A DNA stretch of 64,000 bases from Candidatus Obscuribacteraceae bacterium (GTDB taxonomy: Bacteria > Cyanobacteriota > Vampirovibrionia > Obscuribacterales > Obscuribacteraceae), in assembly GCA_044226015.1 (NCBI GenBank), contig JBGAHS010000004.1:512001-576000 (forward strand), read 5' to 3'. Position 1 is the stretch's first letter; each line of letters starts with the position of its first letter. A program made the translations under genes and the position numbers. The notes under the pieces are model-generated. The model saw only the letters and a program-made list of their open reading frames with translations. It was not told the DNA's origin and searched no databases. Positions 1 to 11,200 of this stretch are shown here, one piece after another.

Positions 1-516
1 CTGCGTCCTGTCCTGATGACCAATCGAGAGAAAATTGAATCGGTTGTGCAAAAGGCTAATGGCTTGAAGTCATCAGTCGAGGTTGGTCAGAAAGAAGTCT
101 TCGAAGGTATGCTTGCCTCCTTGCACCAGTATGTCGAGGAGAAGTTAACCGAAGCTAGAGCCATCGCCGATGCGAGCATGGAAGAGTTAACACGTATTGA
201 AAAGAATGTATTTGCTCTTTCTGACGCTGCCGGTATTGAGGCTGACCCTGAGTTAGCGGAAGCTAAGGTTCAAGTTCTATCAAAGCTGCAAGATATTGGC
301 ACGCACCTACAAGAAAAGGTAAACGACTCTCTGCGCAGGCAGATTGCTGGGCTCGAAGATAAGAGCCGTATGCTGCAGGAAGAGTTGATATCTTCAATGG
401 AGGGTGACGCCTACGGAGTTCGTAAGGCTGCAGAAGCGAACGTTCAGAAGATCAAGCAAACCATCGAAGCTACTTACGCCAAGATTGCTGCATTGCAAAA
501 TCAGTATCTGCAGTAA
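1..516 (+). CDS. Hypothetical coiled-coil protein, probably 5'-truncated by the window edge
   Basis: Frame is open from base 1 (ctg cgt cct gtc ctg atg); E/K/A/L-rich helical sequence; stop TAA at 514-516. Confidence 0.75.
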   Translation: MRPVLMTNREKIESVVQKANGLKSSVEVGQKEVFEGMLASLHQYVEEKLTEARAIADASMEELTRIEKNVFALSDAAGIEADPELAEAKVQVLSKLQDIGTHLQEKVNDSLRRQIAGLEDKSRMLQEELISSMEGDAYGVRKAAEANVQKIKQTIEATYAKIAALQNQYLQ

Positions 517-540
517 CTGCATACTCGGCTTATTTAAACC

Positions 541-581
541 CTGATATTGGGCTGAATTTGGCCCAATATCAGTGCTCTTTT
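541..581 (+). terminator. Intrinsic terminator-like hairpin
   Basis: ctgatattgggc / gcccaatatcag 12-bp stem followed by tgctcttttt. Confidence 0.7.
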
Positions 582-740
582 ATGAGTTGGTTCTAAACAG
601 TTAAGGCAGGAGCGGAAGAGATCCTTATATATATGGGTCTATTTCAAGTCTCACGCTAATATGGTTGTCTCATGGTAAACAGGTGTGAATCGCCGCTACC
701 GTGAGCCTTCCGAGCGATGATTGACTGAGAGGAGATTGTC

Positions 741-2051
741 ATGGTGACCGCAAAAGCTACAGACAGAAATCTTGACTACTTGAAGATGGATGAACAACAT
801 GTAAATCCGGTGCTTCACAGAAGTGCAAAAATTGTCGCCGAAAAAGCTCAGGGTTCATATATCTACGATATGAACGGTGATGCTTATCTGGACTTCACAA
901 CAGGTATTGCTGTGAACAATGTTGGACACTGCCATCCGAAAGTTGTTGAGGCAGTGCAAAAGCAAGTTGCTGAATTGATGCACACATCTGTTGTGACACA
1001 TCATAAGCGCTACATCGAAGTCTGCAAAAAGCTCGCTGAAATCACACCTGGAAAGCTTGATTCGGTGTTCCTTGCAAACAGTGGTGCAGAGTGCGTTGAA
1101 GGCGCCATCAAATTGGCGCGTTACGTAACAGGCAGACCAGCTGTTATTAACTTCCGTGGTTCATTCCATGGCAGAACAATTTTCACAACCGCTTTGACTA
1201 CATCAAAGCTTGTTTATCGTGAAAAGTATGAGCCATTGCCAGGTTCTATTCACACAATTCCGTTCCCCTATGTTTATCGCTCGCATTTCAGAGGCAACCC
1301 TGAGGCCTGTGTTGATGACGTAATGCATCAAATCGACATGCTCTTCAAACAAATTGTTAGCCCAGAGCAAGTTGCTGCATTCCTGGTTGAGCCAGTTCAA
1401 GGTGAAGGCGGATATGTTCCAGCTCCACCGAGCTTCTTGAAGAAGTTGCGTGCAGTCGCTGACAAGCACGGTATTCTATTGATCATCGATGAAGTTCAGA
1501 CTGGTTTTGGCCGTACCGGCAAAATGTTCGCACTTGAGCATTATCCTGGCGTCGAAGCAGACATCTTCTTGATGGCGAAAGGAATTGCTGGCGGCATGCC
1601 GCTCTCAGCTTTCGCAACTCGCAAAGAGATTTCTCAAAAGTGGGCAGCGGGCAGACATGGCTCCACATTCGGTGGCAACCCAGTGTCTTGCGCGGCAGCT
1701 CTCGCTACAATCGAAGTTCTCGAAAGCGAAAAATTGTCTGAGCGTGCAGCCAAACTCGGTCATGAAATGCAAGAGTTCTTGCGTAAGGAACTAGGCAACA
1801 ACCCACGAGTTGGCGATATTCGCGGACTCGGCATGATGATTGGTGTCGAGTTCAACGAAGCTGATGGCAGCCCAAGCCACGACCTCGCTGAGAAGATTGC
1901 TGAAATTTGCTTCCAGCACAAGTTGCTCGTTTTGACTTGTGGAAGCCACGGACATGTAATTCGCTTGATTCCACCGCTAAACATCAGCGACGAAGACGCG
2001 AAGAAGGGTCTGGAAATCATCGTAAAAGCTGTAAGCGAAGCTTGCAAATAA
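741..2051 (+). CDS. gabT: Class-III PLP aminotransferase (4-aminobutyrate/5-aminovalerate aminotransferase-like)
   Basis: YLDFTTGIAV, NSGAE, FHGRT, EPVQGEGG, IDEVQTGFGRTG, MAKGIAGG motifs; SD gaggag. Exact substrate not resolvable. Confidence 0.85.
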   Translation: MVTAKATDRNLDYLKMDEQHVNPVLHRSAKIVAEKAQGSYIYDMNGDAYLDFTTGIAVNNVGHCHPKVVEAVQKQVAELMHTSVVTHHKRYIEVCKKLAEITPGKLDSVFLANSGAECVEGAIKLARYVTGRPAVINFRGSFHGRTIFTTALTTSKLVYREKYEPLPGSIHTIPFPYVYRSHFRGNPEACVDDVMHQIDMLFKQIVSPEQVAAFLVEPVQGEGGYVPAPPSFLKKLRAVADKHGILLIIDEVQTGFGRTGKMFALEHYPGVEADIFLMAKGIAGGMPLSAFATRKEISQKWAAGRHGSTFGGNPVSCAAALATIEVLESEKLSERAAKLGHEMQEFLRKELGNNPRVGDIRGLGMMIGVEFNEADGSPSHDLAEKIAEICFQHKLLVLTCGSHGHVIRLIPPLNISDEDAKKGLEIIVKAVSEACK

Positions 2052-2109
2052 TCATCGAGCAATGCAGTAAAGCTGCTTGCTATCAGTAACACAACCTATG
2101 GGGTGGACA

Positions 2110-3654
2110 ATGAGTACCAAAACCGAAGAAAAGAAAACAGAAGGAAAGCAAGGCGTGGTTCAGACCTACCAAAACTTCATAAACGGAAAATGGGTTAAAG
2201 CTAAGAGCGGCGAAACGTTCAGCAGCCACAACCCAGCTAACACCGACGATATCGTTGGACATTTCGCATCATCGAGTCCTGATGATGTTAAATCTGCTGT
2301 AGATGCTGCAGAAAAAGCATTTGCATCATGGCGCCGTACACCAGCTCCTACCAGAGCTGAAATGTTGTACAAGGCTGCTATGTTGCTCGAAGCTCGCAAA
2401 GAAGAACTTGCTCGCGCAATGACTCGCGAAATGGGCAAAGTCATCAAGGAAGCCAGAGGCGATGTACAGGAAGCTATTGATATGGCTAAGTACATGGCTG
2501 GCGAAGGTCGCCGTCTATTCGGTCAAACCGTTCCTTCAGAAATGCCAAACAAATTTGCAATGTCAGTTCGCTCACCTATCGGTGTAGTTGGAGTAATCAC
2601 TCCATGGAACTTCCCTGTTGCAATTCCAAGCTGGAAGATTTTTCCAGCATTGGTTGCTGGTAATACCGTTGTTTTCAAGCCCGCAACAGACACCGCACTT
2701 TGCGGCGTTATGTTTATTGAAATTCTCAACGAAGCTGGTTTTCCACCGGGCGTAATTAACCTGATCACCGGTGGTGGTGGCAGCTGCGGAATGGCAATTG
2801 TGAACGACCCACGTGTTCACGCAATCTCCATCACTGGTTCAACCCATGTGGGCAGGCAGGTTGCTGGACGTTGCGGCGAACTCATGAAGAGAATTTCTTG
2901 TGAGCTCGGCGGCAAAAATGCAATTTGCGTAATGGAAGATGCTGATCTCGACCTCGTTATCGAAGGCGCTGTTTGGGGTGCTTTCGGAACCGCTGGACAA
3001 AGATGCACAGCTACCAGCCGCATTATCGTTCACTCAAAGAAGTACAAAGAATTCTGCGATCGTTTCAGCGCTCGAGTTAAAGAATTGAAGATCGGAAATG
3101 GTCTTGATCCTGAAATCGAAGTCGGACCTGTTGTTAACAAGTCTCAGCTCGAAACTGTTCACGAATATGTTGAAATCGGTAAGAAGGAAGGCGCTAAGGT
3201 TATTGCTGGTGGCAACATTCTCAACCATGGCGAATTTGCTAAAGGCTACTTCCATGAGCCAACAGTCTTCTGTGATGTAAAAGCAGACATGCGTATTGCA
3301 CAAGAAGAAATCTTTGGACCAGTAACCGCTATCATCGAAGTTAAGAGCTTCGAAGAAGCACTCAAGGTAGCAAATGGCACCGAATATGGTTTGTCACTAG
3401 CTATGTACACCAATGATGTAAGCAGAGCGTTCACCGCTATGCAAGAACTCGAATCAGGAATTGTTTATATCAACGCTCCTACAATCGGTGCTGAGATTCA
3501 ACTTCCTTTCGGTGGTGTTAAGCAAACAGGCAACGGTCACAGAGAAGCTGGCACCGCTGCAATTGATCAATTTACAGAGTGGAAGTCGATTTACATCGAC
3601 TACTCGGGACGCCTGCAAAAGGCTCAAATCGACGCGTACGAAGAGAAGGAGTAA
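2110..3654 (+). CDS. NAD(P)-dependent aldehyde dehydrogenase
   Basis: ITPWNFP, TGST, ELGGKN, GQRCTA (catalytic Cys), EEIFGP, PFGG; start taken at ATG 2110. Confidence 0.95.
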   Translation: MSTKTEEKKTEGKQGVVQTYQNFINGKWVKAKSGETFSSHNPANTDDIVGHFASSSPDDVKSAVDAAEKAFASWRRTPAPTRAEMLYKAAMLLEARKEELARAMTREMGKVIKEARGDVQEAIDMAKYMAGEGRRLFGQTVPSEMPNKFAMSVRSPIGVVGVITPWNFPVAIPSWKIFPALVAGNTVVFKPATDTALCGVMFIEILNEAGFPPGVINLITGGGGSCGMAIVNDPRVHAISITGSTHVGRQVAGRCGELMKRISCELGGKNAICVMEDADLDLVIEGAVWGAFGTAGQRCTATSRIIVHSKKYKEFCDRFSARVKELKIGNGLDPEIEVGPVVNKSQLETVHEYVEIGKKEGAKVIAGGNILNHGEFAKGYFHEPTVFCDVKADMRIAQEEIFGPVTAIIEVKSFEEALKVANGTEYGLSLAMYTNDVSRAFTAMQELESGIVYINAPTIGAEIQLPFGGVKQTGNGHREAGTAAIDQFTEWKSIYIDYSGRLQKAQIDAYEEKE

Positions 3655-3663
3655 AGAGGAACC

Positions 3664-4863
3664 ATGGATTTTGATTTCACACCTGAACAGGTCGCTATGC
3701 GCAAGCACATGCGAGAATTTGCTGAGCGCGAAATTGCGCCTAAAGCACAGGAAAATGATCGCAAAGGCGAATTCGACTGGGATATCGCAAAGAAGATCTT
3801 TGCTGAAGGCTTCCTCGGTTGCCCCGTTCCTGAGAAGTACGGCGGTCTTGGAATGGACTACATCGCATATGGTTTGATGACTGAAGAAGTTAACCGCGTA
3901 TGTTCGTCAACTCGTACATTGTTCTCAGTTCAAACTTCATTGGTGGCACTCACCATTTTGAAGTGGGGAACAGAAGAGCAGAAGAAAGCCCTTCTTCCAA
4001 AAATGTGCTCTGGCGAATACCTCGGCTGCTTCGGATTGACTGAACCAGAAGCTGGCAGTGACGCTGCTAATCAGCAGACCCGCGCTGTCAAAGACGGTGG
4101 TGATTACCTGTTGACCGGTCAGAAGACATGGATCTCCTGCGGTAAAATCGCAACACACGCTCTCGTGTTTGCTACCGTAGATGGTTCCAAGGGTCACGAA
4201 GGCATCACTTGCTTCATCGTTGACACCAAAGCGAAAGGCTTCGAAGCTGTTCCAATTAAGGGCAAGCTCGGTCTTCGTGCTTCCGATACATCAACATTGT
4301 TCCTTGATGATGTTCGCGTTCCAGCTGAAAACATTCTTGGAAAAGTTGGCGAAGGATTCAAGATCGCAATGTCTGCTCTGGATAACGGACGTTTCTCCGT
4401 TGCAGCAGGAGCTATCGGTTTGGTTCAAGGTTGTATCGACCAGTGCACCACCTACGCAATGCAGCGCAAGACTTTCGGTGTTCCAATTGGACAACATCAA
4501 CAAGTTCAAGCAATGATTGCTAACATGGTTGCTGATTGCGAAGCAGGACGCTTGTTGTACCTCCGCGCAGCTCATTTGAAGAACAAAGGCGTTCGTAATA
4601 CGCTTGAGACTTCAATCGCTAAGTTGTTCTGCGGCGAAGCTGCAAACCGTGCCGGTCACGATGCAGTTCAAATCTTCGGTGGCTACGGATTCTCCGACGA
4701 GTATCCAGTAGAGCGTTATTTCCGTGACGCTAAAGTACTCAATATCTACGAAGGCACCCGCGAAATTCAACGTCTGATCATCGGACAAGATGCTCTGGGT
4801 ATCCGCTACGCTAACGGTAGCAAAACTGGTACTCCAACAGCACTTGCTGGTATCGGCGTCTAG
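3664..4863 (+). CDS. Acyl-CoA dehydrogenase (possibly glutaryl-CoA dehydrogenase-like)
   Basis: GCFGLTEPEAGSD, GQKTWIS, KLGLRASDT, QIFGGYG, IYEGTREIQ motifs. Confidence 0.92.
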   Translation: MDFDFTPEQVAMRKHMREFAEREIAPKAQENDRKGEFDWDIAKKIFAEGFLGCPVPEKYGGLGMDYIAYGLMTEEVNRVCSSTRTLFSVQTSLVALTILKWGTEEQKKALLPKMCSGEYLGCFGLTEPEAGSDAANQQTRAVKDGGDYLLTGQKTWISCGKIATHALVFATVDGSKGHEGITCFIVDTKAKGFEAVPIKGKLGLRASDTSTLFLDDVRVPAENILGKVGEGFKIAMSALDNGRFSVAAGAIGLVQGCIDQCTTYAMQRKTFGVPIGQHQQVQAMIANMVADCEAGRLLYLRAAHLKNKGVRNTLETSIAKLFCGEAANRAGHDAVQIFGGYGFSDEYPVERYFRDAKVLNIYEGTREIQRLIIGQDALGIRYANGSKTGTPTALAGIGV

Positions 4864-4883
4864 TTCGTAGTAACGATTGAATT

Positions 4884-4917
4884 AAGGGCGGCATCTTCGG
4901 GTGCCGCCCTTTCTCTT
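4884..4917 (+). terminator. Intrinsic terminator of the three-gene operon
   Basis: aagggcggcatc-TTCG-ggtgccgccctt stem with cUUCGg loop, then tctctt. Confidence 0.85.
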
Positions 4918-5267
4918 GCCGAGTCTTTTTCCTTGCTTATCAATGTCCGATAAAGTTGCTTGGAGTGCTCGCAAGCTCCATTTAAGCCTTCCAGCGAGAA
5001 ATGCACGTTAGATTTTAAGCTACCGATAACATAGACAGCATTTGTCCGGTGATCCCGAATCTTATAGCTAGCAATGCTTTTCGCGACTCGAAATTCGTCT
5101 TGAATCCTGGCTCTTGTCGGAAAACGTATTCCAGCCAACCTTTTTTCGGTTTGCCCGCTATAAGGTAGGCGAAACAGTGCATATACATTTATGGCACTGC
5201 GTGTAGCAACTCGTCTACAGGGGAACGCGTGTCGGTAGGGCGGGTGCCTTTGGGGAGGGTTCCGAAT

Positions 5268-8200
5268 ATGTATCAAAACAGCTGGCGAAATTATCGCCTG
5301 GTGGCGGTCATGGCTGTCTGCACAATAGTCTATGCGCAGATTTTGCCAGCTATGGCAGCTGAGCTTGTGCCCACAAATGCTGCCTCGATTCCTGTCAAAC
5401 CATCTCTTCCCCTGCAGCTGAATTTGTCGAGTGCTGGAAAAACGGTACGGGCGCCTTCGGGGCTGTCTAGCCCGGTGTCCATAACTGTCGGCGGCCAGCA
5501 ACAGCTCGTCAATTCCGGCATGATGCTCACCCCAGCACAAGCCGTGGCTGTGCAACAAGTTTTGAACACAGGAACCCAATCTCTTCTCCTCAGCATGCTT
5601 GGTACTGCCTCTGGTGGCTCTGTTGTGTTGCCCGAACAACGATTTTCCTCAATCGTCGTGCCCCGAGGAGTAACCGTTATCAGTGATAATAGCTCTGGAA
5701 ACGGGCTCAACCTCAGCGGAACTATTCGCAATGCTGGCAATTTCTACGCCGTATCTACTAACTCCATGGTTAACAATGCGTCTATTTCGGCATTTAGCAT
5801 TAACAATCTGAGTGGTGGTCTTATAAGTAGCGTGTTGCCGTCTGGCGGACTAGCTGGATTTTCTAACGCTGTCGGTAATCTAAGTCTCACCTTGAATGTT
5901 GCTGAGCGCTTGATGAATCAAGGCCATATTTCTAGCGCCGGTGCTTTAAACATCGTCGGAACAACGCCCAATTTACTGGTCAACAGCACCGGTGGCACGA
6001 TGTCTGCGGTCACGTCCATCAATGTTTCGAATCTTCCGAACAGCTCCGGAAATATTGCGGTAATCGGAGGCAATTGGATAAGCCCTGTGTTCAACGTCAA
6101 CGCATGCACCAGTAACGTTCTGGTAAATGTGCAGCAGCTAAGTGGTATCGTGAACGTTGCCGCTGCCAATGCCCACGTATTTGCGAACACCAGTGAGCTT
6201 CTTCTCGGAGATATGAACATTACGGAAGACCCCACCTTTTTCAACCTGGGGTCAATCAGCGTGGTCGGACAGCCACCTAATACAGCTAACGAAGCTTTGA
6301 CAATAATCTCCACTGCGGACATTGATTTGGGTTCGTTCATCTACAATACCAACCAGACTGGTGCTGCTGCACAGGGCTATGACATTACCGTCATTGCTGG
6401 CGCCAATGCTGTAGCACCGTTTCCATCTCCATTGACAAGCAATCTTTCCGCAGCGATAAATAGCGGAACAGTTAAAGTTGTATCAACCGGCTCGCTTGGT
6501 GGCTCAACCACGGGTGGATCGATTACATGTAACGGTTGCACACTCAATACTTCATCTACTGGCGTTCTCAATTCTGGAAATATAATGCTTGCGGCGTATC
6601 AGGGCACGACGGTGGGAAGTGGCAACATCGATCTCAGCAACTCTACACTCACAACGAGCAGTGTAAGTGGCAATCCAGGAAATATTACAGTGATTGCACC
6701 ATCGGGAATTATTCTAAACACGATTGCTGCTAGTGGTGGTACCGGTGGTGCGAAAATTACGGTAAATTCGGCGCACCCCACGGGCAGTTTAACAGCAGCT
6801 GTCGATGGTAGTGTGACTGGCTCACTGAGTCCCTCTGCTGTTTCACAACTTGGTGTCATCTCTTTGAATGGAGCCATCTCTGCACCATCTGCAACCTTGC
6901 AGGTGACTTCTGGTGGCAACATCATCGTTGATAATAATATCACCACGAGTGGAATTGCCGGAACTGGAGCCTCAGGAGGCAACATCAGTATTAGTTCTGG
7001 CGGCGACATTTCACTTGGTCTCAATAATCTAGCTAATCTTTCTATCTCAGCCATTGGTGCTAGTGGTGTCTTCAATGCAGCCCAAGTTGGAGGTGCCGGT
7101 GGCGCTGGTGGCATCGTCAATTTAGCCGCTAACGGTAATTTTATTAAGAATGCAAACTTTCTACCCTACTCTGTGAACACCACAGGCGGAGCCGGTGCCT
7201 TAGGAGGAGCTGGGCTGGCTGGTGGGGCTGGTGGAGTCGGCGGCAAGATCACTGTGTTCTGCCGTTCGATGGATCTGACCCTAGGTTTGACCGCAGGCAC
7301 ACTTACTGCGTCCGGCGGTGTCGGCGGAGCCGGAGGAGCGGGGGTCGCTGGTGCTGTTGGTACCGCTTCGAGCGCTGGAGGCGCAGGTGGCGCTGGTGGT
7401 AATGGAGGCAATGGTGGAGCGGCTGGTACTATCAGCCTGACTGGAACTAACGTCAATCCGTATAACGTGCCAACGCTTACGAGCATCGGAGGTGCTGGTG
7501 GCGTCGGCGGTATCGCTGGAGCGGGGGGAGCGGCCGGCTCGAACATTCAGGCCGGTGCCGGAGGCATCTCAGGCAATGGAGGAGCTGGCGGCGCGGGTGG
7601 AACTATTTCAGTTAAGAGTACTGGTATTGCTGTTCTATCGTTGCAAAATACGATTAATGCTAGTGGAGGGCTGGGAGGTGCTGCTGGTCTAGCCGCAGCA
7701 GTTAACAACAATGCTTCAGGAATTGGGGGCGCCGGTAGCTCCACTGGAAGCGGTGGCGCTGGTGGTGCTGGCGGTGTCATCGATATTGCCGCAGCCAATT
7801 CAGTGAATTTTACAGTCTCGGGGTCGAGTGTCCAGCTCAGGACCATCGGCGGAGATGGTGGTGCTTCGGCGTCGGCCTCGGCCGGCGGACTCAGTGGTAA
7901 TGGAGCTGGCGCCAACGGTGGCAGTGCTGGAAATTCAGGTAATGGTGGTGCAGGCGGCAAGATAACTGTGACGTCTTCATCTGGAGGTATTTCGGCACTG
8001 GTTGGAAACCTGGCTATTCTAGCCACTGGGGGAAGCGGAGGCTTAGCAAGCACCGGTTTAGGCGGAAATGGAGGCGTGGGCTCAACTGATGGTGGCAATG
8101 GTGGTTCAGGAGCCTCAATAGGCAATGCTGGAAATGGTGGAACTATTACACTCACTGCGGCCAAGGGAACAATTTCTCTTGGGGCAACAGCTGGTTCAGC

Positions 8201-11200
8201 GTCGCAAGTTTCAGCCTATGGAGGATTCAACTCCGCTTTGACTTCCGGTAATGGAGGTGCTGGAGCTGCAGCAACAGGTGCGGGCAAAGGAGGTTCGGCT
8301 GGTGCGGCTGGTGCCAATGCAAAATTGGGTGCAGGCGGTAATGGTGGCGCTATTACACTGAGTGCGAAAATTGTGGATTTTGTTAATTCCACGGTCAATG
8401 TTTCCGGCGGTGCTGGTGCCAACGGAGGTAGCGCTGGACTAGCAGGCGCCTCAACCTTTGGAATCAGCGGAAATGGTGCTGCTGGTGGTTCTGGTGGCGC
8501 CGGTGGTTCTGCCGGCGCTCTTACAGTGAATGCTACAGATACGCTAGCAGTTACTACAATTACTTCTAACCAGAGTTTCAGCCTCAATGGTGGTGCTGGC
8601 GGACTTGGAGCCGCCGGTTCCGCTGGGGCTGGGTCTGTTGACAGCTCCAGGGCTGGCGACGGGGGTGCCGGTGGTGCTGGTGGCGCTGGCGGTAATGGCG
8701 GCATATACATCTTTAATAGTTTACGCAATTTTGCCCTCAATGGTTCTTTAGCCGCTTCAGGTTCGACTGGCGGCGCTGGTGGTGCAGGTGGTGGCAGTGC
8801 TAGTGCCCTGACTGGTGCTAGCGGCGGACTAGGTGGCGCTGGAGCCAAAGGCGGTAATGCAGGTTCAATTACAATAAACACTTCTTCCATTCTTTCATCA
8901 GCAACTGCTGGCAGCATCACTGCTTCAGGTGGTGTTGGTGGCGCCGGTGGCGCAGGCGGTGCAGGCAGCGCTGCTCTGGGTAGCGGTAATGGCGGAAATG
9001 GTGGAGCTGGCGGTAATTCTGCCAACGGTGGCAACGGCGGTGTATTGTCAGTCACGGCTAGCGGGACCATGAGCTTTTTCACGCTGACCACCAATGGTGG
9101 AGCGGCTGGCAGCCCAGGTAACGGTGGAGCGGGCGGAGCTGCTAGCGCTACTGTAGGAGGAAATGGTGGCAATGGCGGCAAGACTGGAATCGGGGCGAGT
9201 GGTGGTGTAGGCGGTACCATTACTCTCAAGGGAGACCCCGCCAACAGTTCAGTCACTCTACAAGGTAACCTTGCTGCCAGCGGCGGAGCCGGTAGTGCTA
9301 TAAGTGCGACAGGGGGTGCAGGAGGCGCCGGTAATACTTTGGGTGGAGTTGGCGGAGCTGGTTTGACTTCGGGAAGCGGAGGGCTCGCTGGCAAAATTAC
9401 TGTTACCGGCGGTGACATTCAATACTCTAATGGAGCGGCTACGCTAATTAGCATCACAGCTAATGGTGGAAACGGTGGTCTTCGCTCCAATGGTGGGAAC
9501 GGTGGTGCAGCCACTGCAGGAGCAGGCGGCGCCGGCGGAAATGCAGGAAATGCCGGAAATGCAGCCAATGGCGGAGTCGTCACTATGACCGCATTCAAGA
9601 GTACAGGACAGATAGCTAACAGCGGTGCAATAGGCCTTGCTATAAGCGCTATTGGCGGGCTCAGTTCTGTAGCTGCGGCAAGCGGAGTTGGGGGTAATGG
9701 TGGGCAAGGTGCTACGAATGGTGGTAATGGTGGACTGGGCGCAAATTCTGCTCTTCAGGGTAATGGTGGCAGCATCGTGCTTACCGCACCAGCCGGCATA
9801 AGTACCGGAACGGCAGGAGCTGCAGCTTTGACTGCGACAGGGAATGGTTCTGCTGTTGGCAGAGGTGGTGCTGGTGGAACAGGCGGTGATGCCCCACTGG
9901 CGACCAATGGAGTAGGTAATGGTGGCACAGGCGGTGCCGGCGGCAAGGGCGTTGCCGGTGGCAAAGGCGGAACCATAACCCTCAATACTGTAAACGGAAA
10001 CATCATCTTGCAAGGTACTGTTTCGGTCAGTGGTGGCGCCGGCGCTGGTGGTGGCAACGGCGGAGCCGGTGGTGGTTCAGTAGGTAATAAAGCTGGTAAT
10101 GGTGGCAATGGAGGACTCTCCGCTGCTGGTGGTGCAGGTGGCACTATCACGCTTAACGGGGGAGGCACCGTTCTCAGTATCAACAATGCTATCACTGCGC
10201 TTGGTGGAGTCGGTGGCGCAGGTGGCGCGGGCGGAAGCTCGACAACAATTAACGTAAACGGAGGACTGCTGGGCGGTAATGGTGGCACAGCCACAGCTGG
10301 TGCTGCCGGCGGTGCAGGTGGACTCATCAATATTACTGCGCTCAAAGCTACTGCAACACTGTCTGCAAATGCTGTTCTTCTTAACGCTAGTGCCGGAAAT
10401 GGTGGAGCCGGAGGCGCCGGCGGTGCAGGTAGTCGAGGTGTGACAGGTGGTATTGGCTCTGCGGGAGGCGCCGGTGCTGTCGGTGGCAAAGGCGGAACTC
10501 TTAAAATCAGTACATTTGCCTTTAACGCTTCTGCTTCAACTCAAGCCACGTTAGGACTTCTGACAGCTAACGGTGGGAATGCCGGAGCCGGCGGAGCAGG
10601 TGGTGCAGGCGGTGCGTCCGCGACTGGTGGCAACGGTGGCAAAGCTGGGGTTGGTGGTAGTGGAGGTGCTGGTGGACTTGGCGGGCAGCTCAGTATCAAT
10701 ACAATGGACACTTCGAACGCCGTGGGCTTAAATCTCTCCCATGCAAGCGCTGCAGCGCTTTCAGCGTCTGCTTTCGGCGGTAATGGCGGTGCCGGCGGAG
10801 CCGGAGGTGCTGGAGCATTCAGCTCTTACGCTGCAGCAGGCAGCGCCGGTGCTGGTGGCATCGGCGGAGCGGGGGCAAAAGCTGGAACTATAGTAATCAG
10901 CAGCAAAAACGAACTTATATTTGATGGTGTTGACGTCTCCGGCGGCAACGCAGGGGCTGGCGGAGCAGGAGGTTCGAATGCTAATGGAACATTTACCTAT
11001 AATGCAATGAATGTTGCTGGCGCAGGTGGTGCTGGTGGCAAAGGCGGTGCTGCTGGAGCTGGAGGCTCACTTGCACTCTCCGCATCAGACTTGAGTTTTC
11101 TTCCCACGAACCAGTTTACTGTGACGCTCTTAGACCTTTCTGGTGGAAACGGTGGGACTGGCGGAGCTGGTGGCGCTGGCGGACGTTCTAACGTGGCAGC

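Noticed and set aside
4860..5639. 259-aa minus-strand ORF
   Set aside because: Overlaps the start of the giant gene and the terminator; composition looks non-coding
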